64,000 nucleotides of DNA. It comes from Planctomycetota bacterium. Lineage in GTDB: Bacteria; Planctomycetota; B15-G4. Of the stretch, positions 1 to 10,671 are shown piece after piece. Every line of letters starts with the position of its first letter. Positions within the stretch are counted from its first letter, which is position 1. Location: assembly GCA_965248575.1 (NCBI GenBank), contig CBDFJQ010000002.1, positions 896,001-960,000 of the forward strand. Direction: 5' to 3'. The position numbers and the translations under genes were made by a program. The notes beneath the pieces are model-generated. The model was not told the origin of the DNA. It did no database searches and saw only the letters and a program-made list of their open reading frames with translations.

Positions 1-712
1 CACGCGGCATCTGCTCGCGTCGGGAGCGCAGGTGCGGGCCATGGAGATCGACCCCGCCATGGAGGGGATCGCAGCCGGTTTGATCGAGGACCGACTGCTG
101 GCATCGGGCGGTCTTTCCTGGACCAACGGCGATGCGATGGCTGGGCCCCGAACACTCAGCGCCGGCCTCCTGGCCAGCCTTCCCGGGACGACAGCTCTCG
201 TGGCCAATCTGCCCTATGCCGTGGCAGCTCCACTCCTCATGGCTCTCGCACGGGAACCGGAGGCTCCGGAGCGCCAAGTGGTCATGATCCAGAAGGAACT
301 TGCCGAGCGACTTGTCGCCCCGCCAGGGGGGCGAGACTACGGCCCGCTGGCAGTTCTCTGCACCCTCTGCTGCCAAAGCAAGATCCTTCGTCGTGTCCCC
401 GCTGGCGCATTCTGGCCAGCCCCGAAGGTGAAATCCGTGGTTCTCCGCCTGAACCGCTTGCCGTCGTGGCCTGGGTCGGTGCCCGTCCTGCAATTGGAGC
501 GATTCCTGCGCCTAGCGTTCAGTTCGCGACGAAAAACGCTGATCAACGCCGTCGCCGATGGGGCGGGCCTCAGGCCAGCTGCGGTGCAAGAGATCCTCCA
601 GCTCAAGGAAAATCGTCAAAAAGCACGTGCTGAAGCCTTCGAAGCGCTACAATTAGAGCATCTTGCCCAGCTATGGGCAGAGCACGCGCCGGGCGAGCGA
701 CTCCGCCCATAG
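1..712 (+). CDS. rsmA: 16S rRNA adenine dimethyltransferase RsmA/KsgA, 5' truncated by the window edge
   Basis: Motifs EID, GDA, VANLPY, VVMIQKE-A-RL-A-PG--DYG-L, F-PAPKV-S, AF--RRKTL-N; the frame is open back to the window start. Confidence 0.9.
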   Translation, partial: TRHLLASGAQVRAMEIDPAMEGIAAGLIEDRLLASGGLSWTNGDAMAGPRTLSAGLLASLPGTTALVANLPYAVAAPLLMALAREPEAPERQVVMIQKELAERLVAPPGGRDYGPLAVLCTLCCQSKILRRVPAGAFWPAPKVKSVVLRLNRLPSWPGSVPVLQLERFLRLAFSSRRKTLINAVADGAGLRPAAVQEILQLKENRQKARAEAFEALQLEHLAQLWAEHAPGERLRP

Positions 713-1499
713 CCGGCAAAGCCGGCCCGAAGCTCCTCGGAGTTTCAAGAGATCGGCATGCAGGGGAGCCCCACCAAGAACACGCTGGGTGTCCCGCGCT
801 GTCTGATCGCGAGTAGTTGGTTTGCAGGCCAAGGCTTGAAGAGATGCTTCGGCTCGGTCCAAGCGATGTTCTTGGATCGCTGTTGAGCTGGCTCGACCAC
901 TTGCCTCTTGTCTCGACCAAGCTAGTCTTCGCACACGCTCTGCTCCTCGCAAGTCTGCCGGCTTCGGCACTTACGGGGTTCACGCCACCGCCTTCTTGAA
1001 CTGTTCAACCCACGACATGGGCTGATTTGCTCCAGGAGGCCGGCTGAGCTAGCGAAGACGAAACTGGTGGAGCTCGCAGGAGTGTGGTTTGCGTATTCGA
1101 TGTGTCTATGGGTTTCCTTGGGCACGCTCGCGTGAGTCGACTCGAATCCAGCGGTCCAGGAGTGGACCTGGTCGCCGTCACCTGTTGACGTTTTTTGCAT
1201 CAACGCGTGACGGCGGGATTCCAGGTGCCCCACGGCATGGGGGTGATTGGACTGCTCGAAGGCAAGCTCGTCGGCTTTGTCTGCACGCCCTGAGAGTCCG
1301 GCCTCGGACCTCAGTGCGATGGAGTCGCGGGGTCGATGGAGTGCGCCAGCGAGATGATGTGGATCAGGCAGAGCCCGATCTCAACCACCCAGGCCTGGCC
1401 CGGGGTGCGTCCCCATCTTTCTGGTGCGATCTTTCCAGTTCCATCGGACCGCGCACAGCCTCCTCAGCACCCTCCCGTCCACTTCCAGGGGGAGGGCGC

Positions 1500-3302
1500 T
1501 TGAACATCCAGGCTGACAAGCAGGCTGAGAAGCAGCTCGTCAAGAGCCGCAGCCGCATCGATGAAGTGGTGCGAGAGCTCGCAGGCTGCGAGTACGAGTC
1601 TCGGGGCCCCGGCGACCTTTGGGCCTGCTGCCCATTTCATTCCGAGGACACGCCTTCGTTTCATGTGCGGGTCGAGCACGGGATGTTCAAGTGCTTCGGC
1701 TGCGGGGAAGCGGGGGATGTCTTCAGCTTCGTGCAGAAGATTCGCGGAGTCGGGTTCCGGGAAGCGCTCGAGTTCCTGGCCGACCGAGCTGGCGTCACGC
1801 TTGGCTCCATGAGCCCGGAAGACAAGCGTCGGCACGCCGAGCTGCATGAACTGCGGGAAGTCCTCAACCGGGCGGGTGAGTTGTTTGCCCGGGCGCTCAA
1901 GGCCCCCGCAGGCGAGCAGGCCGTTCAGTACCTGAAGGAGCGCGGCTTCCATGGCCAGACGGCTTTGGACTTCGACGTTGGCGTCGTGCCCACAGACTTC
2001 CTGCGTCAGTTGCGCGAATCCGGCATGGCGCCGACCGCCGTGGACCGCGCAGGCTTTACCAACCTGTTCGCGGGCCGACTGTCCTTCGGCATTCGCGATG
2101 CGAACGGGAGCCTTGTCGGCTTCGGTGCTCGAACGCTCGATGCCGACGGGAAGCCCAAGTACGTCAACACGCGCGAGACCTCGGCATTCAACAAACGACG
2201 GCTGCTCTACGGCCTGGACAAGGCAGCGCGGAGCGTGGCCAAATCGCGCCGCCTGATCATCATGGAGGGCTACACCGATGTCCTCATGGCACACCAGAGT
2301 GGCCTGAGTGAAGCCGTGGCGACGATGGGGACCAGCCTCACCGATGACCACATCCGCGCACTCAAGGGGCGGGCTTCCAATCTCGTGTTCGTCTTCGATG
2401 GCGATTCGGCGGGGCTAACTGCAGCCGAGCGTGCCGTGAACCTCACTCTGCGCGATGGCCTGGAAGTGCGCGTTCTGTGCTTGCCCGACGGCAGTGACCC
2501 GGGCGACTGGTTCCTGCGAAACGACTTGGAGGCCTTCGAGGAGCTCCTCGCGAGTGAGGGCATGAGCACAGTGGGCTTCCTCTGCCACCGAGCCGTGGAG
2601 CGCACGGACCGAGCTCAGCCCGGCTGGCGTGAGCAGGTTGCCAACGAGGTTCTCGAGGCCTGCCGCAGCATCGTCGACCCTGTTCGGCGAGAGACGATCT
2701 CCGCGGAAATCTCGCGGGCCTGCAGCGTGGATCGCAACCTCATGCGTCGGCAGGTCAAGATGTCGGCGGATGCCACGCCCGCAGAAGGGTCAGCCGGGCG
2801 CTCTCGCTCTCCCCGCTCGTCTGCGCGCATCCGCTCCCAGTTCTCTGTTGTTGCAGGCCTGGCTCGGCTGTCGGATGCGATGCAGGTTGTCGATCGCCTG
2901 TCAGAGCTCGGGGTGTTGAGCCACCCCGATGCTCTCCAACTGGCCCAGATCGCGCGCCAGCTCATTCAGCCGGGTGACAGCGGCCCCGTGGATCCCATGG
3001 AATGGTTGGACGCCACACGAGCGGAGAGCACCAGGCTCGGCTCCCTCCTGGAGCGGGCACTGCTCAGCGAACCCGGCAGCGTGATTCCCGGCTATCAGAC
3101 GGCTGTGGACTACCTGACGTCGCTCGCCGAGGAGGACCAGGAACGGCAGGACCGGCGCACCGCCCTTTCCGACCCGGGGATCGCGACGGACGAAGCAGCG
3201 CTCAAGGCCATTCAGGAGAGCCTGTCCCTGAAGGACTCCGGGCAGCAGCCGGAGCCACCCCAAACGATTTCTAACGATTCACCGGAGGCGATGCCCACAT
3301 GA
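1500..3302 (+). CDS. dnaG: DNA primase
   Basis: CHC2 zinc finger (CPFH..TPSF..FKCFGC), KYVNT-ET, TOPRIM (MEGYTDV, FDGDSAG, DPGD). Start placed at TTG 1500 after a GGGGAGG SD; the ORF-track extension to 1089 is not primase-like. Confidence 0.95.
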   Translation: MNIQADKQAEKQLVKSRSRIDEVVRELAGCEYESRGPGDLWACCPFHSEDTPSFHVRVEHGMFKCFGCGEAGDVFSFVQKIRGVGFREALEFLADRAGVTLGSMSPEDKRRHAELHELREVLNRAGELFARALKAPAGEQAVQYLKERGFHGQTALDFDVGVVPTDFLRQLRESGMAPTAVDRAGFTNLFAGRLSFGIRDANGSLVGFGARTLDADGKPKYVNTRETSAFNKRRLLYGLDKAARSVAKSRRLIIMEGYTDVLMAHQSGLSEAVATMGTSLTDDHIRALKGRASNLVFVFDGDSAGLTAAERAVNLTLRDGLEVRVLCLPDGSDPGDWFLRNDLEAFEELLASEGMSTVGFLCHRAVERTDRAQPGWREQVANEVLEACRSIVDPVRRETISAEISRACSVDRNLMRRQVKMSADATPAEGSAGRSRSPRSSARIRSQFSVVAGLARLSDAMQVVDRLSELGVLSHPDALQLAQIARQLIQPGDSGPVDPMEWLDATRAESTRLGSLLERALLSEPGSVIPGYQTAVDYLTSLAEEDQERQDRRTALSDPGIATDEAALKAIQESLSLKDSGQQPEPPQTISNDSPEAMPT

Positions 3303-3357
3303 GTTCGCACCGCGTGAAGCAACAGTACGACCACCCCCTGTGTTTTGAGGAAGCCCT

Positions 3358-5019
3358 GTGAGTTCAATCGCTGCACTGGACAAGTTGGATCCGAGCGTTC
3401 GCGTCCTGATGGAAAACGGCGAGAAGCGCGGTTTCGTGACCTACGAGGAGATGAATGAGATCCTCCCGCCGGACATCGAGAACATCGATGAGATCCTGAC
3501 CCTGCTGGAAGGCCAGGGCGTCAAGATCCTGGATGAAGCCGATGTCGTCGCGGAGCAGGAGGTTCGCGCCTCCGGCAGCTCTGCCGTGGTCGATCAGGAG
3601 GAGCCAAAAGAGCGGGTCACTCAGACCGAACGCATCGAGGACCCGGTGCGGATGTACCTCACCCAGATGGGCGAGATTCCGCTGCTCACCCGCTCCGAAG
3701 AGATCAACCTGGCGCGTCAGATTGAAGTGACCCGCCGTCACTTCCGCAAGCTGATCATGGCGACGGGCTTTGCCATTCGCGAGGGCTTGCAGATCATCGA
3801 GGACGTCGAGGCCAGTCGCCTGGCTTTCGACCGCACGCTCAAGGTGTCCACAAGTGGCTTTGAGCCCGGAAAGCTGGAAGTCTCGGCACGCCTGAAGGGC
3901 AGTATCGAAACGCAGCGCAAGCTTCACGCCCGGCTGACGTCCGACTACAAGAAGTTCCTCCTGGACAAGGGGTCATCGGCCCAGCGGAAGTTGACTCTTC
4001 AGCGCATCGGGTGGGGGCGCAGGAAGTGCGCCGACCTTGTCGAGGAGCTTCAGATCCAGTTGAAGAAGGTGAAGCCCATGATCGAACTGGTGCGTGAGAA
4101 GCACCAGGAGATGGCAACGCTTGAACGTCGCTTGAAGCACTTCCCGGAAGACCGGAAGTCGAGCAAGGAGTTCAGGGAGCTCAAGACGGATTTCGAGGCG
4201 CTCCAAATTCAGGCGCTCGAGTCTCCCCGACGTCTGGCGGCACGCCTCAAGCTGATCGATGAGCGCTACGCTCAATACGAAGAAGCCAAGCGGGATTTGT
4301 CGAGCGGCAACCTTCGACTCGTCGTCTCGATCGCCAAGAAGTACCGGAACCGTGGGCTCTCTTTCCTGGATCTGATCCAGGAAGGCAATACGGGTCTCAT
4401 GAAGGCTGTCGAGAAGTATGAGTATCGCCGTGGCTACAAGTTCTCGACCTATGCCACGTGGTGGATCCGGCAGGCGATCACTCGTTCCATCGCTGACCAG
4501 GCGCGTACGATCCGAATCCCTGTGCACATGATTGAAACCATGAGCAAGTTGCGGAACGTGACGAAGAAGCTCGTTCAGCAGCTGGGCCGCGAACCGACGA
4601 TCGAGGAGATTGCGAAGAACAGCGACATCTCCATCGACGAAGCGAAGCGCGTCATGAAGATCTCCAAGCACCCGATCAGCCTGGACCGTCCCATCGGCGA
4701 AGGAGACGACAGCTACTTCGGTGACTTCATCGAGGATGACAGTGCCGTGTCTCCGGTCATGGCTGCAGCCCAGGAGATGCTGAAGGACAAGATCATGAGT
4801 GTCCTTCACACGCTGTCCTTCCGTGAGCGCGAGATCATCAAGCTGCGCTACGGCATTGGCGATGGCTACACCTACACACTCGAAGAGGTGGGCCGGATCT
4901 TCAAGGTCACCCGTGAGCGTGTTCGCCAGATCGAGGCGAAGGCGGTGCGGAAGTTGCAGCACCCGGTGCGCAGCCGGATGCTGGAAGGATTCTTGGAGAC
5001 TGCCCTGCCCGTCACCTGA
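3358..5019 (+). CDS. rpoD: RNA polymerase primary sigma factor (sigma70)
   Basis: Regions 1.1 and 1.2 (DPVRMYL-QMG), [39 protein letters not shown], region 4 [16 protein letters not shown]; follows dnaG. Confidence 0.98.
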   Translation: MSSIAALDKLDPSVRVLMENGEKRGFVTYEEMNEILPPDIENIDEILTLLEGQGVKILDEADVVAEQEVRASGSSAVVDQEEPKERVTQTERIEDPVRMYLTQMGEIPLLTRSEEINLARQIEVTRRHFRKLIMATGFAIREGLQIIEDVEASRLAFDRTLKVSTSGFEPGKLEVSARLKGSIETQRKLHARLTSDYKKFLLDKGSSAQRKLTLQRIGWGRRKCADLVEELQIQLKKVKPMIELVREKHQEMATLERRLKHFPEDRKSSKEFRELKTDFEALQIQALESPRRLAARLKLIDERYAQYEEAKRDLSSGNLRLVVSIAKKYRNRGLSFLDLIQEGNTGLMKAVEKYEYRRGYKFSTYATWWIRQAITRSIADQARTIRIPVHMIETMSKLRNVTKKLVQQLGREPTIEEIAKNSDISIDEAKRVMKISKHPISLDRPIGEGDDSYFGDFIEDDSAVSPVMAAAQEMLKDKIMSVLHTLSFREREIIKLRYGIGDGYTYTLEEVGRIFKVTRERVRQIEAKAVRKLQHPVRSRMLEGFLETALPVT

Positions 5020-5029
5020 TGGGGATCAT

Positions 5030-5180
5030 GGGCCCCCTGACGGGGCTGGCGACCCCGTTCCGCGGGGATGGAGTCCTCCATCTCAGAGCAGCCTTCACAG
5101 GGCCTGCGAGGCGGTTCCAGGCAGATGCCTGGGGCCGCCTCGCCGTCCTTTGGAGGGGCTTTCTCCTCACCAGGGGGTCT
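5030..5180 (+). ncRNA. Candidate structured RNA (four-way junction), family unknown
   Basis: Hand pairing: closing stem 5030-5039/5171-5180, hairpins 5040-5058 and 5065-5084, long stem 5086-5165 with a near-perfect core 5106-5143; many G-U pairs on the + strand. Confidence 0.35.
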
Positions 5181-5226
5181 GCTAGGCTTGGGGGTTTCCC
5201 CCGTCCACTAGAACAGCAGAGTCACC

Positions 5227-5976
5227 GTGACAGACGAGCAAGCGCCTGGCGACCCCAAGCAACAGACGTTGCAACTTGTGGCCCTCGGAAACGTCGACCG
5301 CAAACGCACCGAAGCCCAGAGTCTGATGGACTCAGTCCCCCGCGTCCTTGCGAGCCGCAGCCGTCACTCCCGCGAAGCCCAAGCGACACTCGATGCCTAC
5401 CACGACAAGCTTCAGGGCTTCCGCAGTCACCTAAAGATGCTCGAGCTGGATCTTGCGGACCGGGAAGAAGCCCTCTCCAAAGCCAACGGCAATCTCCTGG
5501 GAGCCAAGACGAACCAGGAGTACAGCTTGTTGATGGCAGAGATCACGCGGAAGCAGGAAGAGAAGGGAACCGTCGAAGAGCGGATCCTCGAGCAGTACGA
5601 CGTGATCAGCCAAGGCGAGGAGATGGTCAAGACTGCGGAGGCCGGGCTGGTCGAAGCGCAGTCGGAGTATGGCGGCTTCGAGCAGCGCGCTCGCGACCAG
5701 CTGGCCGACCACCAGAAGGATCTGGACGAGCTGGAAAAGCGTCGGGAGCAGGTTCGCCGGGCGATCGACCCAGCGATCCTCAAGCTGTACGACCGCGTCT
5801 ACAACGCGCACGGGGTGGCCGTCGTTCCAGCCGAGGGGAACACCTGCCAAGGCTGTTTCTCGAACATCACACCGAACGACCAGAATCGCCTGCTCAGCGG
5901 CCGCCAGCTCGTGATCTGTCGTGCGTGCCAACGCATTCTCTACGTGCCAAGCGCTCTGCACGCCTCGCCTTCCTGA
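5227..5976 (+). CDS. Coiled-coil protein with C-terminal C4 zinc ribbon (DUF164 / CT398-like)
   Basis: Long coiled coil with KTNQEY motif, then CQGC...CRAC-RIL; a family commonly found downstream of dnaG-rpoD. Confidence 0.85.
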   Translation: MTDEQAPGDPKQQTLQLVALGNVDRKRTEAQSLMDSVPRVLASRSRHSREAQATLDAYHDKLQGFRSHLKMLELDLADREEALSKANGNLLGAKTNQEYSLLMAEITRKQEEKGTVEERILEQYDVISQGEEMVKTAEAGLVEAQSEYGGFEQRARDQLADHQKDLDELEKRREQVRRAIDPAILKLYDRVYNAHGVAVVPAEGNTCQGCFSNITPNDQNRLLSGRQLVICRACQRILYVPSALHASPS

Positions 5977-6014
5977 CAGGCGACGGAGCGATCGAGCCTC
6001 CGGGGGTCAAGTAG

Positions 6015-7952
6015 GTGGCTGGCGGCACGATTCGCAACGTCATCGTGGGAACGGCCGGTCATATCGACCACGGCAAGTCGTCCCTCGTGCGCGCTTTGAC
6101 CGGCATCGACCCCGACCGCCTCGCTGAGGAACACGAGCGGGGCATGACCATCGACCTCGGCTTCGCGCCCTACAAGCACGAGAGCGGAGCGACCGTCGGT
6201 CTGATTGATGTCCCTGGGCACGAGCGTTTCATCAAGAACATGGTCGCCGGCGCAACATCCGTGGACGTCGCCATGCTGGTTGTGGCGGCCGACGACGGGG
6301 TCATGCCCCAGACGCGCGAGCACCTCGAAATCCTCAAGCTGCTCGGAGTCCGCCGCGGCCTGGTAGCCCTGAACAAGATCGACCTCGTGGACACGGAGCT
6401 GGTCGAGCTCGCCCAGGAAGATGTCGCTGAATTCGTGGCGGGTACCTTCCTGGAGGGCGCACCGGTGATCCCGGTCTCTGGGACCACGGGTGAGGGCCTG
6501 GATCAGCTCCGCAGCGCACTCGACGCCCTGGTGAGCGAGGTCGATCCGCACACCCACGATGGGCCCTTCCGGCTCCCCATCCAACGCGTCTTCACCGTCG
6601 ACGGGCACGGCCTCGTCGTGACCGGTGTCCCCATGAGCGGCAAGGTCGCTGTCGGTGACCAACTCGAGCTCGTGGGGTCGGGGCAGGAGCTGCGCGTGCG
6701 AGGCATCCATGCCTACGGCAAGAGCCGCGATCAAGGGCAGGCTGGACATTCCACCGCGCTCAATCTCGCTGGCCTCGACCGCGTGGACGTCGAGCGCGGC
6801 GACGTCGTCGCCACCCCAGGCGTGTATCGATCCACGCGCTTCATTGCGGTGGACTACGAACACACCGCAGCAAGCTCGGCTCTGCGTCACCGCCACCCCA
6901 TCCGCGTTCACGCTGGAACGGCGGAAGTGCTCGGCCGCGCCGTGCTGCTGGACAGCGGGTTGCTTGACCACGGGCAATGCTCGCCCATTCAGCTCCGGCT
7001 GGATCACGCGCTCTGTGTGGCGCCCGGCGATCGCATCATCGTGCGCGACGCCTCGTCCATGGGCGTGATGGGCGGAGGCCTGGTGCTGGAGGCGGGCGAC
7101 GGCCGACTGAAGCGCTTCAAAGACCGAGTTCTCGAAGACCTCCGTTCGCGTCGGGAGAGCGTCGGGGATCCGAGCCTCCTTGCGCAGGCCATCGTCTCAG
7201 GGGCTGGTGTGCGAGGCGCGCAACTCGCCGACGTCGCCGTCGAAGTCGGACAGACCGTGGATCAGCTACGGCGGAGCCTCGAACCCTTCGTCGAATCCGG
7301 CGACTTCCTGAAGTTGGCGGGAGGGGTCTACCTCGCGGCGTCGGCGACAGAACAGGTCGCGGACGAATTGGTTTCCGTGCTCAAGGGCGTGCACCGCAAG
7401 AACCCCTTGCTGGACTGGGTGGACCTTTCCAGCCTGAGGTCAGGAGTCAGCTACGAGGAAACAGTCCTCCAGGCTGCTTTGGATCACGACCCGCGCCTGG
7501 AGAGTGCGTCCGGTGGACGCGTGCGGCGCCGAGGGCACCGAGGCCGACTCACTCCGGAACTGGAGGCGGCTCGCGATCGCATCGTGAGCCAGCTCCAGGC
7601 GGGTGGCTTGCGCCCGCCCAGCGTTGACCGCGACTTCACGGGCTTGGCGGAGAAGGATCACGCCGCCCTGCTCGACATGCTGCGGACAGCGGGCATCGCC
7701 GTCTCGGTGGGGGGCCTGATCTTCCATCAAGAGGCCTTGGACAGAGCACGCAAGACGTTGATCTCCCACGCAGCGGCACGCCAGGGCGCCATCGAGATCC
7801 CGGAGCTGCGCGATGAGCTGGAGACCTCACGCAAGTTCCTGATCCCATTGCTCGAGTACTTTGATGCCATGCAGCTCACGGTCAGGCACGGCGATCAACG
7901 GGTTCTCCGGCGCGGGATCCTCGAGCGGGAGAACGAGGACGGCACCGCATGA
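6015..7952 (+). CDS. selB: Selenocysteine-specific translation elongation factor SelB
   Basis: [49 protein letters not shown]-terminal winged helices ending [17 protein letters not shown]. Confidence 0.96.
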   Translation: MAGGTIRNVIVGTAGHIDHGKSSLVRALTGIDPDRLAEEHERGMTIDLGFAPYKHESGATVGLIDVPGHERFIKNMVAGATSVDVAMLVVAADDGVMPQTREHLEILKLLGVRRGLVALNKIDLVDTELVELAQEDVAEFVAGTFLEGAPVIPVSGTTGEGLDQLRSALDALVSEVDPHTHDGPFRLPIQRVFTVDGHGLVVTGVPMSGKVAVGDQLELVGSGQELRVRGIHAYGKSRDQGQAGHSTALNLAGLDRVDVERGDVVATPGVYRSTRFIAVDYEHTAASSALRHRHPIRVHAGTAEVLGRAVLLDSGLLDHGQCSPIQLRLDHALCVAPGDRIIVRDASSMGVMGGGLVLEAGDGRLKRFKDRVLEDLRSRRESVGDPSLLAQAIVSGAGVRGAQLADVAVEVGQTVDQLRRSLEPFVESGDFLKLAGGVYLAASATEQVADELVSVLKGVHRKNPLLDWVDLSSLRSGVSYEETVLQAALDHDPRLESASGGRVRRRGHRGRLTPELEAARDRIVSQLQAGGLRPPSVDRDFTGLAEKDHAALLDMLRTAGIAVSVGGLIFHQEALDRARKTLISHAAARQGAIEIPELRDELETSRKFLIPLLEYFDAMQLTVRHGDQRVLRRGILERENEDGTA

Positions 7953-9925
7953 CCGGGCTGGCGCGAGGCGATGGCGGGATGACGCGCCTCTGGGTCATCC
8001 CCCTGGCGCTGCTAGGTGCCTTGTCGTGTGCGGAGCCGGAGTCGGCCACGAGCGTGGACGTGCTGCTCGTCACGATCGACACCCTGCGAGCCGACGCGCT
8101 GAGCGCCAGCGGTCGAGAGCGTGGAACGACACCCAACCTGGACGCTCTGGCTGCCGCGGGCACGCGCTTCACGGACGCCACCACCGTCACCCCCCTCACG
8201 CTCCCCGCCCACGCCTCCATCCTGACCGGCATTCGCCCGGCGCGACACGGGCTGACAGTGAATGGAGTGGCGTCCAACGAGCTGCCTGTACCGACGCTGG
8301 CCGAGGCCCTGCTCGCTCAGGGATACGCCACAGGAGCCTTCGTTTCCGCGTCGGTGCTCGACGAGCAACACGGACTCTCGGCCGGCTTCCAGACCTACGA
8401 CGATGGTCTGTTCTATCCAGGTGGTCCGCCGCGCCCGCAGGAGCGGCGCGCAGATCGCACCATCGACTCCGCTCTCCAGTGGATGGCCGAGCATGAGGGG
8501 GCGCCGTGGATGGCCTGGGTGCACTTGTTCGACCCGCACGCCCCCTATGCTGCGCCCGACAAACAGGCCGATCCCGAGACCTGGCCTGCGCTTGAGGGCG
8601 GCGCCGAAGACCTGAGCCAAAACCGGCGCGAAGACTACCTCGACGAGGTGCGCTGGGTGGATTCCCAGCTGGGCCGATTGCTCTCGACGCTGCGTCAATC
8701 GCGGCACGCCGCCCATCAGCCGTCACGCCCTCTGCTCGTCATCGTGACCTCGGATCACGGCGAGAGCCTTGGGGAGCACGGAGAGAGCACTCATGGAGTG
8801 CTCATGTATCAGGGTGCGATGCATGTCCCCTTGATTGTCGCCTGGCTCGATCCGGAGAGCCCGCTCCCCGCGCAAGGCCGGGCTTTTCCGGCGGGTGGCC
8901 AGGTTCGTGACGATGTCGTCTCCGTCCTGGACGTGACGCCTACGGTCCTCGATCTGCTGGGGCTGCCGGTCGACGCCGAGCTGGACGGCCGCTCCCTGTC
9001 CGAGCCTCGGCCGCAACGCATCATCCCCTTGGAATGCAGAAGCCCCGCCTTCTACTACGGATTCTCGCCCCTCGTCGGTCTCCGTCGCGGCGCTGAGAAG
9101 CTCATGGGTGCGCCACAGTCCGACCCCGAAGGTTGGCGCCTCTACGACCTGGCTGTCGATGCCGCCGAGCAGACGGGGGTTGACGCGCAGACCCACCCCC
9201 TCCGAACCCGGGTCCTTTCCCCGGAGCCCGAGCGCGAGGCATCCGTGGTCACGGATCTCGAGACTCTACGGGCCTTGGGATACGTGGGAGCCACCATCCC
9301 CGACTCCAGCGGTTCGGATCGCCGCGATCCGCGCACCGCCATGGACCTTGTGGACGCCATCGACGCGGCCAACAGCCTGTTGGTCGCTCAGGCTCCTGCG
9401 GACGCCCTCGAGCGACTGGCGACTCTGCCTGACGAGTACGACAGCGTCCCAGAACTGCACTTCTTCCGCGGGAAGGCCCTGCGCGCCTTGGGCCGCCCAC
9501 AGGAAGCCGCCCATGAGTTTTCGGAGGCTCATCTGCTGCAACCCTCCTCGGGCGGCACGCTCGTGGAGTGGGGGCGAGCACTGCTGGAAGTCGCACTTGC
9601 GAGCCGCGGCAGCGAGCCAGCCAGCTCAAGCGGCGGCCCACCGATCGGAGCGCTGCGCACCGCTGAAGAGGCTTCACGTCTCTTTCAGAAGGCACTCTCC
9701 TTGGTGCCTGGAGACCCTGAAGCGATCGCCATGTGGGCCCTGACGGAGATCGAGTTCGGAAAGGCGGAAGAGGCCCTCGAACGCATCAAGGAAGCCCTTG
9801 GCTCCCGACCCCAAGCCGTGAATCTGATGCTGGTCCAGCGCCGCGCACTGCAGGTGCTGGGGCGTGACAAGGAGGCCGCAGATGTCACGGCCCGGCTGCA
9901 ACAGCTCTCCCCCAACCTTCGCTAG
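7949..9925 (+). CDS. Sulfatase-like (alkaline phosphatase superfamily) lipoprotein with C-terminal TPRs
   Basis: Lipobox-like GALSC; LVTIDTLRAD, TLPAHASILTG, HLFDPH-PY, SDHGE-LGEHGE-THG; TPR-like helical C-terminus; ATGA overlap with selB stop. Confidence 0.85.
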   Translation: MTGLARGDGGMTRLWVIPLALLGALSCAEPESATSVDVLLVTIDTLRADALSASGRERGTTPNLDALAAAGTRFTDATTVTPLTLPAHASILTGIRPARHGLTVNGVASNELPVPTLAEALLAQGYATGAFVSASVLDEQHGLSAGFQTYDDGLFYPGGPPRPQERRADRTIDSALQWMAEHEGAPWMAWVHLFDPHAPYAAPDKQADPETWPALEGGAEDLSQNRREDYLDEVRWVDSQLGRLLSTLRQSRHAAHQPSRPLLVIVTSDHGESLGEHGESTHGVLMYQGAMHVPLIVAWLDPESPLPAQGRAFPAGGQVRDDVVSVLDVTPTVLDLLGLPVDAELDGRSLSEPRPQRIIPLECRSPAFYYGFSPLVGLRRGAEKLMGAPQSDPEGWRLYDLAVDAAEQTGVDAQTHPLRTRVLSPEPEREASVVTDLETLRALGYVGATIPDSSGSDRRDPRTAMDLVDAIDAANSLLVAQAPADALERLATLPDEYDSVPELHFFRGKALRALGRPQEAAHEFSEAHLLQPSSGGTLVEWGRALLEVALASRGSEPASSSGGPPIGALRTAEEASRLFQKALSLVPGDPEAIAMWALTEIEFGKAEEALERIKEALGSRPQAVNLMLVQRRALQVLGRDKEAADVTARLQQLSPNLR

Positions 9926-9987
9926 GCCAAGTCGGCGTCAGCCACACGCCAGATCGCAACGAGTCAGCCCCGAAGCTGCGCCCTGAC

Positions 9988-10671
9988 TCAGGGCCCCGTC
10001 TCATCCGAGGGCGGGAGTTCCAGCGTCAGGGACCTCGCGAGCTTCTCCTGGTTTTCGATCAGCCGTTGGAGATTGAGGATCTCGGACTGAGCAAGTGAGC
10101 TGCCCTGCTCCATGTTCTGGGTCAGGACGTTGTCCGCGATCTTCGATCCACGCTCCAGGTCGGCGAAGGTTCCGGCCAAACTGTCCCTGCGCGCCACGAG
10201 TTCGGGGTCATCGATCACCGCAACGTCGAGCAGACCACCCAGGGCACGCGCACGTTTGAGCAACGGGCTCACATGGATCATGTAGTCGTAGCGTGCGCGG
10301 GTGTGGGCATGGAGCGAACGCGCTTGAGCGAGCAGCACATCGGAGGAGTTCACCAGGTCGCGAAACGCCGTCAGTCTGGCTCTGGAGTCGAGCTGCTCGT
10401 CCGTCTCGAGTTCAAGCCGCTGCGCCTTCAGTTTGGCGAGCCCCGAACGCAGCTCTTCGTGCCGCCGCTTCAAGTTGAGCAGATAGCCCATGCGGGTCAG
10501 GGGGATGAAGGCCTCATCCATGGCCCTGATCTCTTCCTCAAGCAGCCCAAAGGCGATCTCCGTCTCCTCGCGCCCTCGCTCCTTGTCCACGCTGCTGCCG
10601 CCAACCAGAGCCCACCACAGCAGACCGCCGAGCACCGCAACGAGGCCGAGGAAGATCAACGGACCTTTCAT
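9988..10671 (-). CDS. Hypothetical membrane-anchored coiled-coil protein
   Basis: N-terminal TM helix followed by a helical/coiled-coil region; ATGA overlap with the upstream nucleotidyltransferase. Confidence 0.65.
   Translation of the reverse strand: MKGPLIFLGLVAVLGGLLWWALVGGSSVDKERGREETEIAFGLLEEEIRAMDEAFIPLTRMGYLLNLKRRHEELRSGLAKLKAQRLELETDEQLDSRARLTAFRDLVNSSDVLLAQARSLHAHTRARYDYMIHVSPLLKRARALGGLLDVAVIDDPELVARRDSLAGTFADLERGSKIADNVLTQNMEQGSSLAQSEILNLQRLIENQEKLARSLTLELPPSDETGP

Noticed and set aside
1089..1499. N-terminal extension of dnaG in the ORF track (likewise for guaB, polA, gatC, imuB and the AmgK-like gene)
   Set aside because: Not homologous-looking; better starts lie downstream, next to the first conserved motifs
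5020..5226. Possible tRNA-Sec (selC), SRP RNA or RNase P RNA near selB
   Set aside because: No UCA anticodon loop or T-loop, no SRP helix-8 motif, no RNase P GAGGAAAGUCC signature; kept only as an unclassified structured element
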